In this document: positions 29,991 through 39,818 of the stretch, in pieces
Numbering within the stretch: position 1 is the stretch's first letter
Layout of the letters: every line of letters begins with the position of its first letter
Assembly (NCBI GenBank): GCA_963663545.1
Contig: OY760505.1
Span: 2,656,001-2,720,000, forward strand
Reading direction: 5' to 3'
DNA: 64,000 nucleotides
Origin: Candidatus Delongbacteria bacterium
GTDB taxonomy: Bacteria > CAIWAD01
Notes under the pieces: generated by a model
Told to the model about the DNA's origin: nothing
Databases searched by the model: none
The model's input: only the letters and a program-made list of their open reading frames with translations
Position numbers and translations under genes: made by a program

Positions 29991-31052
29991 ATGGCTGCAT
30001 TTATCAGGAATGCCCTGCTGTTCACAATAGCGCTGATTGTGGTTTTGGAGCTGTTTTTCCGGTTTGTCATTCCCGCATCGTATGCACCATACACAGAATC
30101 TGAGCCTGAGCACGGTTTCATGTACTATGGTCAGCAGCAGGTAGATGGGGTGTTTACCTCGGGTCGGCTGGCCCAGGTTCGTGTGCCATGGCATATCAAT
30201 CAGGACGGATGGAATGCTGCCATTGAGTACCAGCCGGCGATCGGCCGCGAGAAGTATGCGATCGGTGTGTTTGGCGATTCCTACATCGAAGGGCTGTACG
30301 TTGATTGGGACAAGAGCCTGTTCAATATACTGGCGAACGAACTAGGTTCAGACGCTGTCGTTTATCCTTTCGCGTACTCGGGTAACCCGTTATCGGAGTA
30401 CCAGCGACTGCTCGAATACGCGGTGCCCAAGTTCAACCTTGACGCAGCCGTGTTGCTGGTGGATACCGGTAAGCTGGCAGCGAGCCTGAGCAACTACACA
30501 AATCATGAGCACTGCTTGCAATGGAGGATTGAGGGTGACTCTATTCGCGCCACGAATCCTGTGCCGTATCAGCCTAGGAAGATGCGGATATTCAGGTATA
30601 GTGCATTGATGCGATACGCTACCAGTAATGCGAACATCAGCTTCGGTTTAGGCAAGGTGAACAAGGCCAGCAGAAAGGCGGGTGAACAGATTCCCGAGGC
30701 CATGCAGCACCACTTTCACATGGTAGCCCGCCATATGCTCGAGAAGCTGGCCCATGACTTCCCGGATGTCCACTTTGTGTTACTGTTCGACGCCGAGCGC
30801 AGGCGCATCTATGCAGGCGATACCGAATCCACGACCTTGTTGGAAAAGGACTTTCTGGCTCCAGTTTGCCAGGAGCTGGGTTTCGGAGTGGTGGACCTGG
30901 ATCCTTACTTTCGTGAGGACTACCGATTGCACGGGAAGAAGTTTGACTTCGAATTCAACATTCATTGGAATGAGCACGGCAATGCTGTAGTTGCACGGGC
31001 ACTGTATGACTATTTTCGACCCCTGTCTTCCAGCACGGGCCAGATGGAGTAA
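29991..31052 (+). CDS. SGNH-like periplasmic O-acyltransferase partner (AlgJ/PatB-like), copy 1
   Basis: N-terminal TM, FGDSY, C-terminal HWNEHGN. Lies immediately downstream of the MBOAT gene. Confidence 0.75.
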   Translation: MAAFIRNALLFTIALIVVLELFFRFVIPASYAPYTESEPEHGFMYYGQQQVDGVFTSGRLAQVRVPWHINQDGWNAAIEYQPAIGREKYAIGVFGDSYIEGLYVDWDKSLFNILANELGSDAVVYPFAYSGNPLSEYQRLLEYAVPKFNLDAAVLLVDTGKLAASLSNYTNHEHCLQWRIEGDSIRATNPVPYQPRKMRIFRYSALMRYATSNANISFGLGKVNKASRKAGEQIPEAMQHHFHMVARHMLEKLAHDFPDVHFVLLFDAERRRIYAGDTESTTLLEKDFLAPVCQELGFGVVDLDPYFREDYRLHGKKFDFEFNIHWNEHGNAVVARALYDYFRPLSSSTGQME

Positions 31053-31186
31053 CTAGCCTGCAATGGCTTTGAGAATGCGCTCCGCCGCGTGACCATCCCA
31101 CATGGGCAGTTCGCCGCGACGCTTAGCGCGCCCCTTCATCACGGTCTCGAACACCTGTAGAATGCGCTCACGGTTGGTTTCAATAA
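31053..31186 (-). pseudogene. Orphan duplicate 3' end of wecB (direct-repeat copy)
   Basis: 31074-31186 matches 33842-33954 at 111/113 nt. It reads ...ETNRERILQVFETVMKGRAKRRGELPMWDGHAAERILKAIAG-stop, with no start codon. Confidence 0.9.
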
Positions 31187-31296
31187 TGTAGGGTTGTTCA
31201 TAGGCTCTGTCCAAGATATCTGGTGGTGCTTCTGTAAGTGATGGTTTTTCAAACAGTGCGCTCGTCGCGATCCGTTGGAAAAAGCGGCCCCACTTC

Positions 31297-31415
31297 TAGG
31301 ATGCGGACAATCTGGCTTTCGCTGAACCGTGACTTACGCATTTTGATCTCCTTTGCCTTAAGAGTAGCAAGGAAATCTCTACTTATGAGTGGTCCGGATT
31401 TGTGGGGCGATTACA
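31297..31415 (-). mobile_element. IS3-family remnant: left end plus first ~15 codons of OrfA
   Basis: The minus strand begins TGTAATCGCCCCACAAATCCGGACC (IS3-type TG end), then RBS GGAG and ATG at 31341 giving MRKSRFSESQIVRIL, the typical IS3/IS407 OrfA N-terminus. Homology then breaks. Confidence 0.7.
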
Positions 31416-31422
31416 CACCCCA

Positions 31423-32343
31423 TTACAATTGACGTAATCTCTGCTTCAACTCGAGTGAATCGCGAAGAGCGCTGGTGTAAAGTGCTGCACCTTTACTGGT
31501 TAAGTGCATTAGGTCTCGGAAGCAGCTATCAGGAATAGCCTGTTCGCTCGAATCAAACCACGGCGTTGCTGGATAAGTTGAAGTGAGAAAGGATCGTGTT
31601 GCCTTTCTTCGATGAATAGACTGGGGCTGGTTGGCATAGAAACTATGGATGGGTGGAGTTGCTAGGTACAGCTGGATTCCCTTCTGTTGACAAAGCGATA
31701 CGATACGATCAAAATACTCAGTCTGCATTGTACCCGTGAAGCGGAGGTCTGCATCGCTGGGCTGATACCGTTGCATTGCTTCGTTCAGCTTACTTACCCC
31801 AAGTCTGACAAACATTCCATATCTAAGGCTCCTTGCACTTATCACTTCACTATAGGCATGCCTAATGACTGTTATCATGAAGCGTGGTGACCTGAGAGCA
31901 CCAAGAAGCATATCGCTAGAGTTGCTTTTTGCGAACATGCGAACTTCTGCAGGAGACCATAACATCCAGTAGTGCGGGAATCGTAAGAGGAAATGTGATG
32001 ATTCAAAGAGCCAACGGTGATCCACATTGGAACCGAAGCTACCCATGCCACAGCTCAGTATTACGGTAGATAACTGAGGATTCATTTCAATGAACTTGGT
32101 CAGTTTCTTGTAGGAGTAAAAATAGGAATCAGCTGAATGGGCGAAGTTGACTACGTCAGGAAGTAACGAGTCATCCAGGCTGCATTCCATTTGCGAATCG
32201 CCAAGTGCAATAGTTGTTACATTTTGTGGGAGTTTGAAGACTTCGCTGTGCAGGATAAGGAAGCGTGTAATAAACATGGATGCGCTGATAGCAAACATGT
32301 AAACGAGGGCAAATAATGTGGCGTTACGTATGAACTTGCTCAT
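31423..32343 (-). CDS. SGNH-like periplasmic O-acyltransferase partner, copy 2
   Basis: N-terminal TM, LGDSQ, C-terminal FRDLMHLT (DxxH). Lies downstream of MBOAT copy 2. Confidence 0.75.
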   Translation of the reverse strand: MSKFIRNATLFALVYMFAISASMFITRFLILHSEVFKLPQNVTTIALGDSQMECSLDDSLLPDVVNFAHSADSYFYSYKKLTKFIEMNPQLSTVILSCGMGSFGSNVDHRWLFESSHFLLRFPHYWMLWSPAEVRMFAKSNSSDMLLGALRSPRFMITVIRHAYSEVISARSLRYGMFVRLGVSKLNEAMQRYQPSDADLRFTGTMQTEYFDRIVSLCQQKGIQLYLATPPIHSFYANQPQSIHRRKATRSFLTSTYPATPWFDSSEQAIPDSCFRDLMHLTSKGAALYTSALRDSLELKQRLRQL

Positions 32344-32350
32344 ATTTCAC

Positions 32351-33784
32351 CTAAAACTGGAAATAGATGAATTCTTGCTCTCCGAAAGAGCCATACTGCG
32401 CAATGAGCTGAACCAGGATCAAATAGAGGATCCATCTCGCCCACTTGGGAACTCCAAGGTTTTCTAATGGGTGCTGGTGCTCACGTCTTAGCCACTCGCA
32501 AAGGAGCAGCGCAAAGCTATAGATGAGCGGGCGCAGGTATTGAGTGTAGTCGCCGCCGGTATAGGGTGCGGTGAAAATGCCACCAATGTATGCGAACGAA
32601 CTGCTAATGCTTGTGGAGCGAAAGAACACCCACGCTAGCAGGGTCAACGCGAAGGTACCCGCCATCAGTCCCGCTTCGCCCAGAGAAGGGATCAGCCTGC
32701 CTTCAGCTATAATTCTGGTGCGCTTGACTCGATTCTTTCTTAATGACTGGGGGAGCAGATAGAGTCCGTTGAGGAAGCCCCACAAAACAAATGTCCAGTT
32801 GGCTCCATGCCATAATCCGCTGACGGTAAATGTTATCAGACTATTAATCGCCTGTCGTGCTTTTCCAAGTTGATTACCGCCGAGCGGTATATACACATAA
32901 TCCCTGAACCAAGTAGAGAGAGAAATGTGCCATCTGCGCCAGAACTCACCGATATCGCGCGAGAAATAAGGATAGGCGAAGTTTCGCATTAATCGGAATC
33001 CGAAAAGACGGGCAGTTCCAATCGCAATATCTGAATAGCCACTGAAGTCACAGTAAATCTGAAGTGCAAAGAAGAAAACACCAATCAACAACGTCAGGCT
33101 ATCATGTTGTGAATGATTACTGAAGATGTTTTCAACAAGAGGAGCAAGATTGTCCGCAATGATCAGTTTTTTTGCGAAACCCCATAGGATCTGTCTTGAG
33201 CCATCCCTGGCTGCGTCAAAGGAAAAAGATCTACGTTCAAGAAACTGTGGAAGTAGAGCCGAAGCTCTTTCGATGGGTCCAGCGACAAGCTGCGGGAAGA
33301 AGCTTACGAAAGCGAAGAATGCGATTGGGTCGTTTGTGGGCTTCAACTGCCGTCTGTATATGTCTAGTGTGTAGCTTAGAGTCTGGAATGTGTAGAAGCT
33401 GATTCCAACGGGCAGAATAACCCTCAGGGACCAGGGGTTCGCTTGAATACCCATGGTGCCAAGCAGATCAACCATACTTCCGATGAAAAAGTTGAAATAC
33501 TTGAAGAAGCCAAGTGCTCCAAGATTCATGAATAGGCTTACGCCAAGGAGAAGCTTCCTCTTCCGCGGTTCCTCAGTTCTGTCTAGGAGAAGTCCAACAC
33601 CATAGTCCACTAGCGAGCTAATGAATATCAGACTCAGAAATCGCCAATCCCACCAGCCGTAGAACACATAGCTGGCGACGAGGAGTAGGAAGTTCTGTGT
33701 GCGCAGGGATTGCTTCTGCAGTAGCCAGTATGCTGCGAACACCAATGGCAGAAAGACCGCGAAGGTTAATGAGTTGAATAGCAT
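32351..33784 (-). CDS. MBOAT O-acyltransferase (AlgI/PatA family), copy 2
   Basis: Same motifs and same length (477 aa) as copy 1. Confidence 0.95.
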   Translation of the reverse strand: MLFNSLTFAVFLPLVFAAYWLLQKQSLRTQNFLLLVASYVFYGWWDWRFLSLIFISSLVDYGVGLLLDRTEEPRKRKLLLGVSLFMNLGALGFFKYFNFFIGSMVDLLGTMGIQANPWSLRVILPVGISFYTFQTLSYTLDIYRRQLKPTNDPIAFFAFVSFFPQLVAGPIERASALLPQFLERRSFSFDAARDGSRQILWGFAKKLIIADNLAPLVENIFSNHSQHDSLTLLIGVFFFALQIYCDFSGYSDIAIGTARLFGFRLMRNFAYPYFSRDIGEFWRRWHISLSTWFRDYVYIPLGGNQLGKARQAINSLITFTVSGLWHGANWTFVLWGFLNGLYLLPQSLRKNRVKRTRIIAEGRLIPSLGEAGLMAGTFALTLLAWVFFRSTSISSSFAYIGGIFTAPYTGGDYTQYLRPLIYSFALLLCEWLRREHQHPLENLGVPKWARWILYLILVQLIAQYGSFGEQEFIYFQF

Positions 33785-33820
33785 TCGTCAGACCTTGCCA
33801 GTACTTGTAGCTATGCCATA

Positions 33821-34903
33821 CTATTCGAATATGGCCTCGACAATGCGCTCCGCCGCGTGACCATCCCACATGGGCAGTTCGCCGCGACGCTTAGCGCGCC
33901 CTTTCATCACGGTCTCGAACACCTGTAGAATGCGCTCACGGTTGGTTCCAATAAGATAATTGGTGCCATGATCCACGGTGATGTAGCGCTCAGTGTTCTC
34001 ACGCAGCGTGATACAAGGAATGTCCAACCAGCTTGTTTCCTCTTGAATTCCGCCCGAATCCGTCAGCACCAGCTTTGACTGGCTGTAGAGGTTCAGGAAA
34101 TCCAGGTAACTCAGGGGTTCACTCAGTTTGATGTTGGGCATTGACTCCAAGTAACGAAGCAAGCCGAACTGTTCGGCCATTTTCCGTGTCCGAGGGTGAA
34201 TGGCGAAAACAAGGGGAAGCTGTTGCTGAATAATGTCCATCGTGCCCAGAAGGTTCTTCAGGAGTTCTGGGTTGTCCACATTGGAGGGTCGATGTAAAGT
34301 CACAACGCCGAAGCTCCCCGGATCCATGTAAAATCTGGCGGGTAGATTTCGATCGCCCGCTTTGTTCAGCATGTAGGAAAGCGTGTCAATCATGGGATTG
34401 CCTACCATCTTTACACGCTCGCGCGGGTGGCCTTCTGCCAATAGGTTGCGATCGCCTTCTTCGCAGGTAGTCAGCAGCAGGTCTGAAATCGCGTCGGTCA
34501 CCAAACGATTGATTTCCTCAGGCATGGCGCGGTCACGGCTGCGCAGGCCGGCTTCGACGTGACACACTTTAATGCCCAGCTTGGTGGCAACCAGGCTGCA
34601 GGCGGCCGTACTATTGACATCGCCTACCACCAACACCCAGTCGGGCTTGAACTCGTGACACACGGGCTCAAAGCGCTTCATAATCTCAGCCATTTGCACA
34701 GCGTGACTGGCGCTGCCGACCTCCAGGTTGATGTCGGGCTCGGGTATCTCCAACTCTCGAAAGAAAGAGTCGGACATCTTCTCATCGTAGTGCTGTCCTG
34801 TGTGAACCAGACAGAATTCATGCTCCGTGGCGGAAAAGGCGCGTGCGATGGGAGCTATTTTCATGAAGTTGGGGCGTGCGCCCACAATACCAATAATGCG
34901 CAT
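33821..34903 (-). CDS. wecB: UDP-N-acetylglucosamine 2-epimerase (non-hydrolysing)
   Basis: GARPNFMK, VHTGQHYD, VGDVNST, HVEAGLRS, MPEEINR, TLHRPSNVD, TDSGGIQEE, RENTER. Confidence 0.93.
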   Translation of the reverse strand: MRIIGIVGARPNFMKIAPIARAFSATEHEFCLVHTGQHYDEKMSDSFFRELEIPEPDINLEVGSASHAVQMAEIMKRFEPVCHEFKPDWVLVVGDVNSTAACSLVATKLGIKVCHVEAGLRSRDRAMPEEINRLVTDAISDLLLTTCEEGDRNLLAEGHPRERVKMVGNPMIDTLSYMLNKAGDRNLPARFYMDPGSFGVVTLHRPSNVDNPELLKNLLGTMDIIQQQLPLVFAIHPRTRKMAEQFGLLRYLESMPNIKLSEPLSYLDFLNLYSQSKLVLTDSGGIQEETSWLDIPCITLRENTERYITVDHGTNYLIGTNRERILQVFETVMKGRAKRRGELPMWDGHAAERIVEAIFE

Positions 34904-34916
34904 CAGGGATCCTGTT

Positions 34917-35879
34917 CTAGAGCTGAACCTTGTAATACTCCACGTACCAGTCGAGGAAGTTCTTGATTCCAACGTCAATATTGGTAGTCGGCAGATAACC
35001 GAGCAACTCTGTGGAATGGTCGATGTCGGCGAAACTCGCAGGAACGTCGCCCGGCTGCATTGGCAGCATTTCTTTTTCGGCTTCGCGTCCAAGATACTTC
35101 TCGATGAGACCAATGAAATCCATCAGGCGTTCGCTTCGGTGATTGCCCAGGTTGAAGACTTCACAGCGGTAGTTCTTGTCAATGGAGGCGCGAATGCCGG
35201 AAACGATATCGTCTACATAGGTGAAGTCGCGTCGCATTTCGCCGTAGTTGAAGACCTTTATTGGCTTCCCCTTCACAATGGCATCTGCAAAAAGGAATAG
35301 TGCCATGTCCGGACGTCCCCAAGGTCCATAGACGGTGAAGAAACGCAAGCCGGTAGTATGCATGCCGTAGAGATGACTGTAGCAGTTGGCCATCAGCTCG
35401 TTGGCTTTTTTAGTTGCGGCGTAGAGCGAGATCGGATTGTCAACGCGATCCTCTACACTGAAAGGTATCTTCTCGTTGCCGCCATAGACCGAGCTGGAGG
35501 AGGCATACACCAGGCCTTCCACATCATTGTGGCGGCAGAGTTCAAGGATGTTGAGGAAGCCTACCATGTTGGAATCCATGTAGACATGAGGATGGGTCAA
35601 ACTGTAGCGCACACCCGCCTGGGCAGCCAGATTGACGACGCGCTCTGGCTTGAATTGCTGGAACACGCTGGTCAATGTATCACGGTCTTCGAGGCTGACA
35701 CGCTCGAAGCGGAAGTCGCCGCTCTTCTTCAGCAGCTCCAGACGATCCCACTTGACCTGCGGGTCGTAGTAGTCATTGACAGAATCAATGCCAAGAACCT
35801 GCCAACCGTCAGCCAGCAAGCTGCGACTCAGATGAAATCCAATGAATCCGGCTGCTCCGGTAACCAGGATGCGACGCAT
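34917..35879 (-). CDS. NAD-dependent epimerase, UDP-glucuronate 4-epimerase type
   Basis: ILVTGAAGFIG, LAAQAGVRYS, YASSSSVYG, YAATK, RFFTVYGPWGRPDMA, MQPGDV. RBS AAGGAG. Confidence 0.92.
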   Translation of the reverse strand: MRRILVTGAAGFIGFHLSRSLLADGWQVLGIDSVNDYYDPQVKWDRLELLKKSGDFRFERVSLEDRDTLTSVFQQFKPERVVNLAAQAGVRYSLTHPHVYMDSNMVGFLNILELCRHNDVEGLVYASSSSVYGGNEKIPFSVEDRVDNPISLYAATKKANELMANCYSHLYGMHTTGLRFFTVYGPWGRPDMALFLFADAIVKGKPIKVFNYGEMRRDFTYVDDIVSGIRASIDKNYRCEVFNLGNHRSERLMDFIGLIEKYLGREAEKEMLPMQPGDVPASFADIDHSTELLGYLPTTNIDVGIKNFLDWYVEYYKVQL

Positions 35880-36175
35880 GTAAAACTCCTTTCGTACTAA
35901 GTCCATAGGATAAGATATCCGTTGGCAATGATTGTCTATCGACAGTACAGCATTGCGTCTTTTGTCTGCTGCTCATGTGAGCCGTATCACTCAAACGCTC
36001 GTAATTTTAACTCATCCTGAAGATCGCAATGAGATATTCCGAAATAATGAGCCAGTGCCACACTTTCCGGATGATATCCGGATCCTTGAACTGTTGTGAA
36101 TGCTTGGTGTACTTGCGAAGGAGACGGAAGATTGGGACTTTACCTGCCAGCACAATCGACAACGGGTATTCCGGA

Positions 36176-36964
36176 ATGAAACATTCACAGATTTTGAACT
36201 TGGCATTGCTTGTATCACTGCTGTGTACGTCGTGCAGTCTACGTTCGCGTGATACATTGGAGCCAGAGGTCCAGCAGACACCAGCCACCAGCGCTGTGAC
36301 ACAAATTGAAGGTGCGAGTGCTCCACCGCTGCCACCCGTTGTCAACACGGACGCAGGCTACCTGATTCAGCCCGGGGACAAGATGACTGTTTACTTTCCC
36401 TCTGCGGCGGATTATGGCTTTGCGGCACTGGTGCGGCCGGATGGATATATCACATTGCCGTTCTTCGGTGATCAGATGGCAGAAGGACGAACGCCTGAAG
36501 AGCTTGCCAAAGCTGTGACGAAGCGATATTCCAACATCCTGCGTGACTCCCGCGCAGTTGTTGGGCTAACCGAAACGGGGCCGCAGCCTATCTACATTTA
36601 TGGCGAAGTGAGTAAGCCAAATCGCTATGTGTATTCTCGCGGTCTGGACTTGATGAGTGCCATTACCACTGCCGGTGGTACCCTACGTTCGGCTTCTCTG
36701 AGTAATGTGATAGTGATACGCGTGTCCGCTGAAGGAGCTTACACGTATCAATCGCACAACCTGAATGATTTACTGGACAGCTCCTTTCCCCAGCCTGTCT
36801 GGCTTCAACCGCGTGATATCGTCGTTGTGCCAACTTCAACCATCGCAGACATTGGCCTCTGGATTGACCAGTATGTCAAGGTCTTTTTGCCGCCTGTGGA
36901 CTCCTTCCTGCGTGGCCGGTATTATTGGTACCTGGCAAGCGATCTCATTGGCAAAACGGACTAG
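36176..36964 (+). CDS. wza: Polysaccharide export lipoprotein (Wza/OPX family)
   Basis: Lipobox-like LCTSC, YLIQPGD, VRPDGYITLP, SLBB-like GEV..P, LQPRDIVVVP. Confidence 0.85.
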   Translation: MKHSQILNLALLVSLLCTSCSLRSRDTLEPEVQQTPATSAVTQIEGASAPPLPPVVNTDAGYLIQPGDKMTVYFPSAADYGFAALVRPDGYITLPFFGDQMAEGRTPEELAKAVTKRYSNILRDSRAVVGLTETGPQPIYIYGEVSKPNRYVYSRGLDLMSAITTAGGTLRSASLSNVIVIRVSAEGAYTYQSHNLNDLLDSSFPQPVWLQPRDIVVVPTSTIADIGLWIDQYVKVFLPPVDSFLRGRYYWYLASDLIGKTD

Positions 36965-36973
36965 GGGGGCGGT

Positions 36974-38437
36974 TTGTACCTGGACCATTTTGGCCTGGCA
37001 GAGGAGCCTTTTTCGGTCACCAGTGACCCCCGCTTTCTTTTCCTGAGCGATAGCCATGAAGAGGCGTTGGCCCACTTGACCTATTGCGTCGAATACCGCA
37101 AGGGTTTTGCCGCCATTACTGGTGAAGTGGGAACTGGAAAGACTACTCTTCTCAACACGCTGATTTCACGCCTGGACCAGCAACACAGTGTTGCCTTTGT
37201 TTACCAGAGCGCAGGAAGCACTATCGAGCTGATGCGCTATGTTTTCAAGGATCTTGGTCTGGCAGTAGAGTGCCGTGACCGCACTGAGTATCTGAACCGT
37301 TTCAACGATTACCTTCTGCAAGAGAATGCGGCTGGCAGAGAGGTCGTGCTGGTGGTGGACGAGGCGCAGAACCTTAGCATCGAGGTGTTGGAAGATCTGC
37401 GGCTGATTTCGAATTTCGAGGCTGGCAGTAAAAAACTTGTGCAAATCATTTTAGCCGGGCAAAGCGAACTTGGTCAGAAACTACGACTGCCCGAATTGCG
37501 CCAGCTAAATCAGCGCATTGCCATTCAGTACGTGTTGCAGCCGCTCGGTGTTGAGGAGACTGCAGCTTACATCCAACATCGACTGAAATCAGCCGGTGCA
37601 AGCCGCGTGGATATCTTTCAACCCAAGGCACTGAAGGCAATTTTTAGCGCTACCGGTGGCGTACCACGCCTGATCAACCAAGTCTGTGATACGGCTATGT
37701 TGCGCACCTTCTCTCAGAAGAAGCAGGTGATTAGTGCGCAAATTGTGCATGATGTAGTACGCGAGGACTTCCAGTTCAGGCACAGCGTCAAAGATGGATC
37801 AAAGCCCGCTCCTACGGATTTCACATTGAAGCGTAGATCTGGTCTGAGGCTTACAATCATTCTTGCTGTTTCCACGCTTGTCGTCTTTGGTGTTGCCTGG
37901 ATCGGCTATTTGCTTCGAGGCATTACTTCGGAAACAGTAGGTGTGCCAGCTGATGTTGACAGCATCAGCAAACAGGCTGAGGTTGATTCCACGCGCGTCG
38001 AGTTGGAGCGTTTACACGCCGAGCTGCAATCGTTGCAGGAGCAGATTGCCCAAGGCGAATCTCATGCAAACGAAGCCGCGAGCGCTTCCATCGAGGAAAT
38101 GCATAGAACCCGAAGTGATCGTGTTTCAAGTACTATGAACAGTGAAGGCGCGCGCGTTCAGGTGCCCGAGCAAATGAACGTCGACAGGTCTATCGCCCAA
38201 ACTACTGCGATCTCTGCTGAGACCTCAGTGGATCCAAGTAATCCCGAAGCGATGTTGATTCGCATCCGTGAAGGTGACACAATCGTCAAGATTGCCCATC
38301 GAGTGTATAGTTACTCTGATTGGGAACTGGTTCAGCGGATCTGGGAATTGAATCCCCAAATTGGAAATCCGAACCTGATCCAGACAGGAGACCTGCTGCG
38401 GATTCCGAGAACCGTAAGGAGCAACTCACGTGAGTAA
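36974..38437 (+). CDS. ExeA/GspA-type AAA ATPase with TM, coiled coil and C-terminal LysM
   Basis: YLDHFGLAEEPF, GEVGTGKT, VVDEAQ, ILAGQ, GGVPRLIN. TM at ~aa 295-315. IREGDTI...NPNLIQTGDLLRIP (LysM). Confidence 0.88.
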   Translation: MYLDHFGLAEEPFSVTSDPRFLFLSDSHEEALAHLTYCVEYRKGFAAITGEVGTGKTTLLNTLISRLDQQHSVAFVYQSAGSTIELMRYVFKDLGLAVECRDRTEYLNRFNDYLLQENAAGREVVLVVDEAQNLSIEVLEDLRLISNFEAGSKKLVQIILAGQSELGQKLRLPELRQLNQRIAIQYVLQPLGVEETAAYIQHRLKSAGASRVDIFQPKALKAIFSATGGVPRLINQVCDTAMLRTFSQKKQVISAQIVHDVVREDFQFRHSVKDGSKPAPTDFTLKRRSGLRLTIILAVSTLVVFGVAWIGYLLRGITSETVGVPADVDSISKQAEVDSTRVELERLHAELQSLQEQIAQGESHANEAASASIEEMHRTRSDRVSSTMNSEGARVQVPEQMNVDRSIAQTTAISAETSVDPSNPEAMLIRIREGDTIVKIAHRVYSYSDWELVQRIWELNPQIGNPNLIQTGDLLRIPRTVRSNSRE

Positions 38438-39818
38438 CCAAGGTACGGCTCGCAGGCTGACCGTTCATGTATTCCTCAGTACAGTATTTAAGTACTGGAG
38501 ATTTATTGCTTTGTGCGTTGGTCTTGCCACGGCTGCAACTTTACTGTACATGCTGCGCAGCCCTGATGTGTACAGATCGACGATTACAGTCTCGGTAAAT
38601 CCTGAGCGGCTGCAGAGTGTCAGTTTGTTGCGCAAGGAACAGTTCGTCTCAAACGCGTCCCTTCGTGAACTCATTAATTCTGAAATGGCTGTGCTCACCT
38701 CTCCTTCAATTGTATACGCAGCGTGGAAGAAGGCTCGCCCGGAGGCTGTGACAACCCTCGGTGAGGAGGAGATGTGGAAGCAATCGAGTTCAATGGCTTC
38801 GCAGATTACTACTTCTCCGGTTCGTAATGCTCTGTTGTCCAATGTTCGATTCCACTATACAGATCCTGAACTCTGCTCAGACATCCTGAACGAGTTGGTG
38901 ATTGCTAGAATGGAGCAATTGCTTCGGGAGCGGCAGCAGGGAGAGAACCAGGATTTTAACCGGCTTCTTGATCGCACTGAAGAGGTGATTGACTCGCTGG
39001 ATACTATCATCGGCCAGTTGCAGTTGGACGAAGATGTTTTTAGTTCTTCCCAGGAAATCTCCTCACTGTTGACACAGCGATCTACAAATGCAACTCGCAT
39101 AAAAGAGTTACAGCAAGAACAGTTTCGTTCCAGCTTGATGATTGATATGTATGAGACTAGTCTGGCGAGCGATTTGAATATCGAAGATGTGCCCTTGCCC
39201 AAAGACACATCTGTTCTTGCCGAGCTAAGGCGCCTTTGTCGTGATCGCGCTCGACTTGTGGAACTTCAGTTGGAAACTTTGCTGGCGGACGCACCTGAAG
39301 TAGTAGTCGCGCAGCAAGATCTGGCGAATGTTCGAGCACAGTATCGTTCCGAAATCGAAATTGCCTGCTCTTTGTTAAAGGCTGATAAAACCATAATCAG
39401 TGCGGAAATAGAAGAACGTTTTCAGCGGCAAAGTGAATTCGATGCGCGTCTTCGTCGGTATCCAGTGATTAATCATATTTTGGATCGTCTGAATGACGAA
39501 AGAAGCAAGCAACAGTCCATGCGTGATATTCTAAGGAACCAACGCAATGAGGCTCAAATTGCTTTTTTGCAAATTAGTTCTTCTCGATACTTAGAACTGA
39601 TCAGTCCTGCCGTTGTACCGACGTCCCCGGTTAAGCCAAGGCGAATTCTAAGCACACTATCAGCCTTCATCCTAAGCACAATGGCTAGTATCATGCTGTG
39701 TTTCCTTATTGAGAGTGCGGCAAATGTTATTGAAAGCCCAGATGAGTTGGCTGAGCTGCTGGATATAGAAGTTGTCGCTTCCTTACGCCGAGTGAACAGG
39801 AAGAGAAGAGGCCAGTAA
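38430..39818 (+). CDS. Polysaccharide co-polymerase (GumC/Wzc periplasmic half)
   Basis: Two terminal TMs, a long coiled coil, and the proline-rich PAVVPTSPVKP before TM2. Confidence 0.8.
   Translation: MSNQGTARRLTVHVFLSTVFKYWRFIALCVGLATAATLLYMLRSPDVYRSTITVSVNPERLQSVSLLRKEQFVSNASLRELINSEMAVLTSPSIVYAAWKKARPEAVTTLGEEEMWKQSSSMASQITTSPVRNALLSNVRFHYTDPELCSDILNELVIARMEQLLRERQQGENQDFNRLLDRTEEVIDSLDTIIGQLQLDEDVFSSSQEISSLLTQRSTNATRIKELQQEQFRSSLMIDMYETSLASDLNIEDVPLPKDTSVLAELRRLCRDRARLVELQLETLLADAPEVVVAQQDLANVRAQYRSEIEIACSLLKADKTIISAEIEERFQRQSEFDARLRRYPVINHILDRLNDERSKQQSMRDILRNQRNEAQIAFLQISSSRYLELISPAVVPTSPVKPRRILSTLSAFILSTMASIMLCFLIESAANVIESPDELAELLDIEVVASLRRVNRKRRGQ

Noticed and set aside
35880..36175. 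Sigma-54 promoter or ops/JUMPstart in the divergent epimerase-wza gap
   Set aside because: TGGCA hits lack a GC at the correct -12 spacing, and no ops element was seen.
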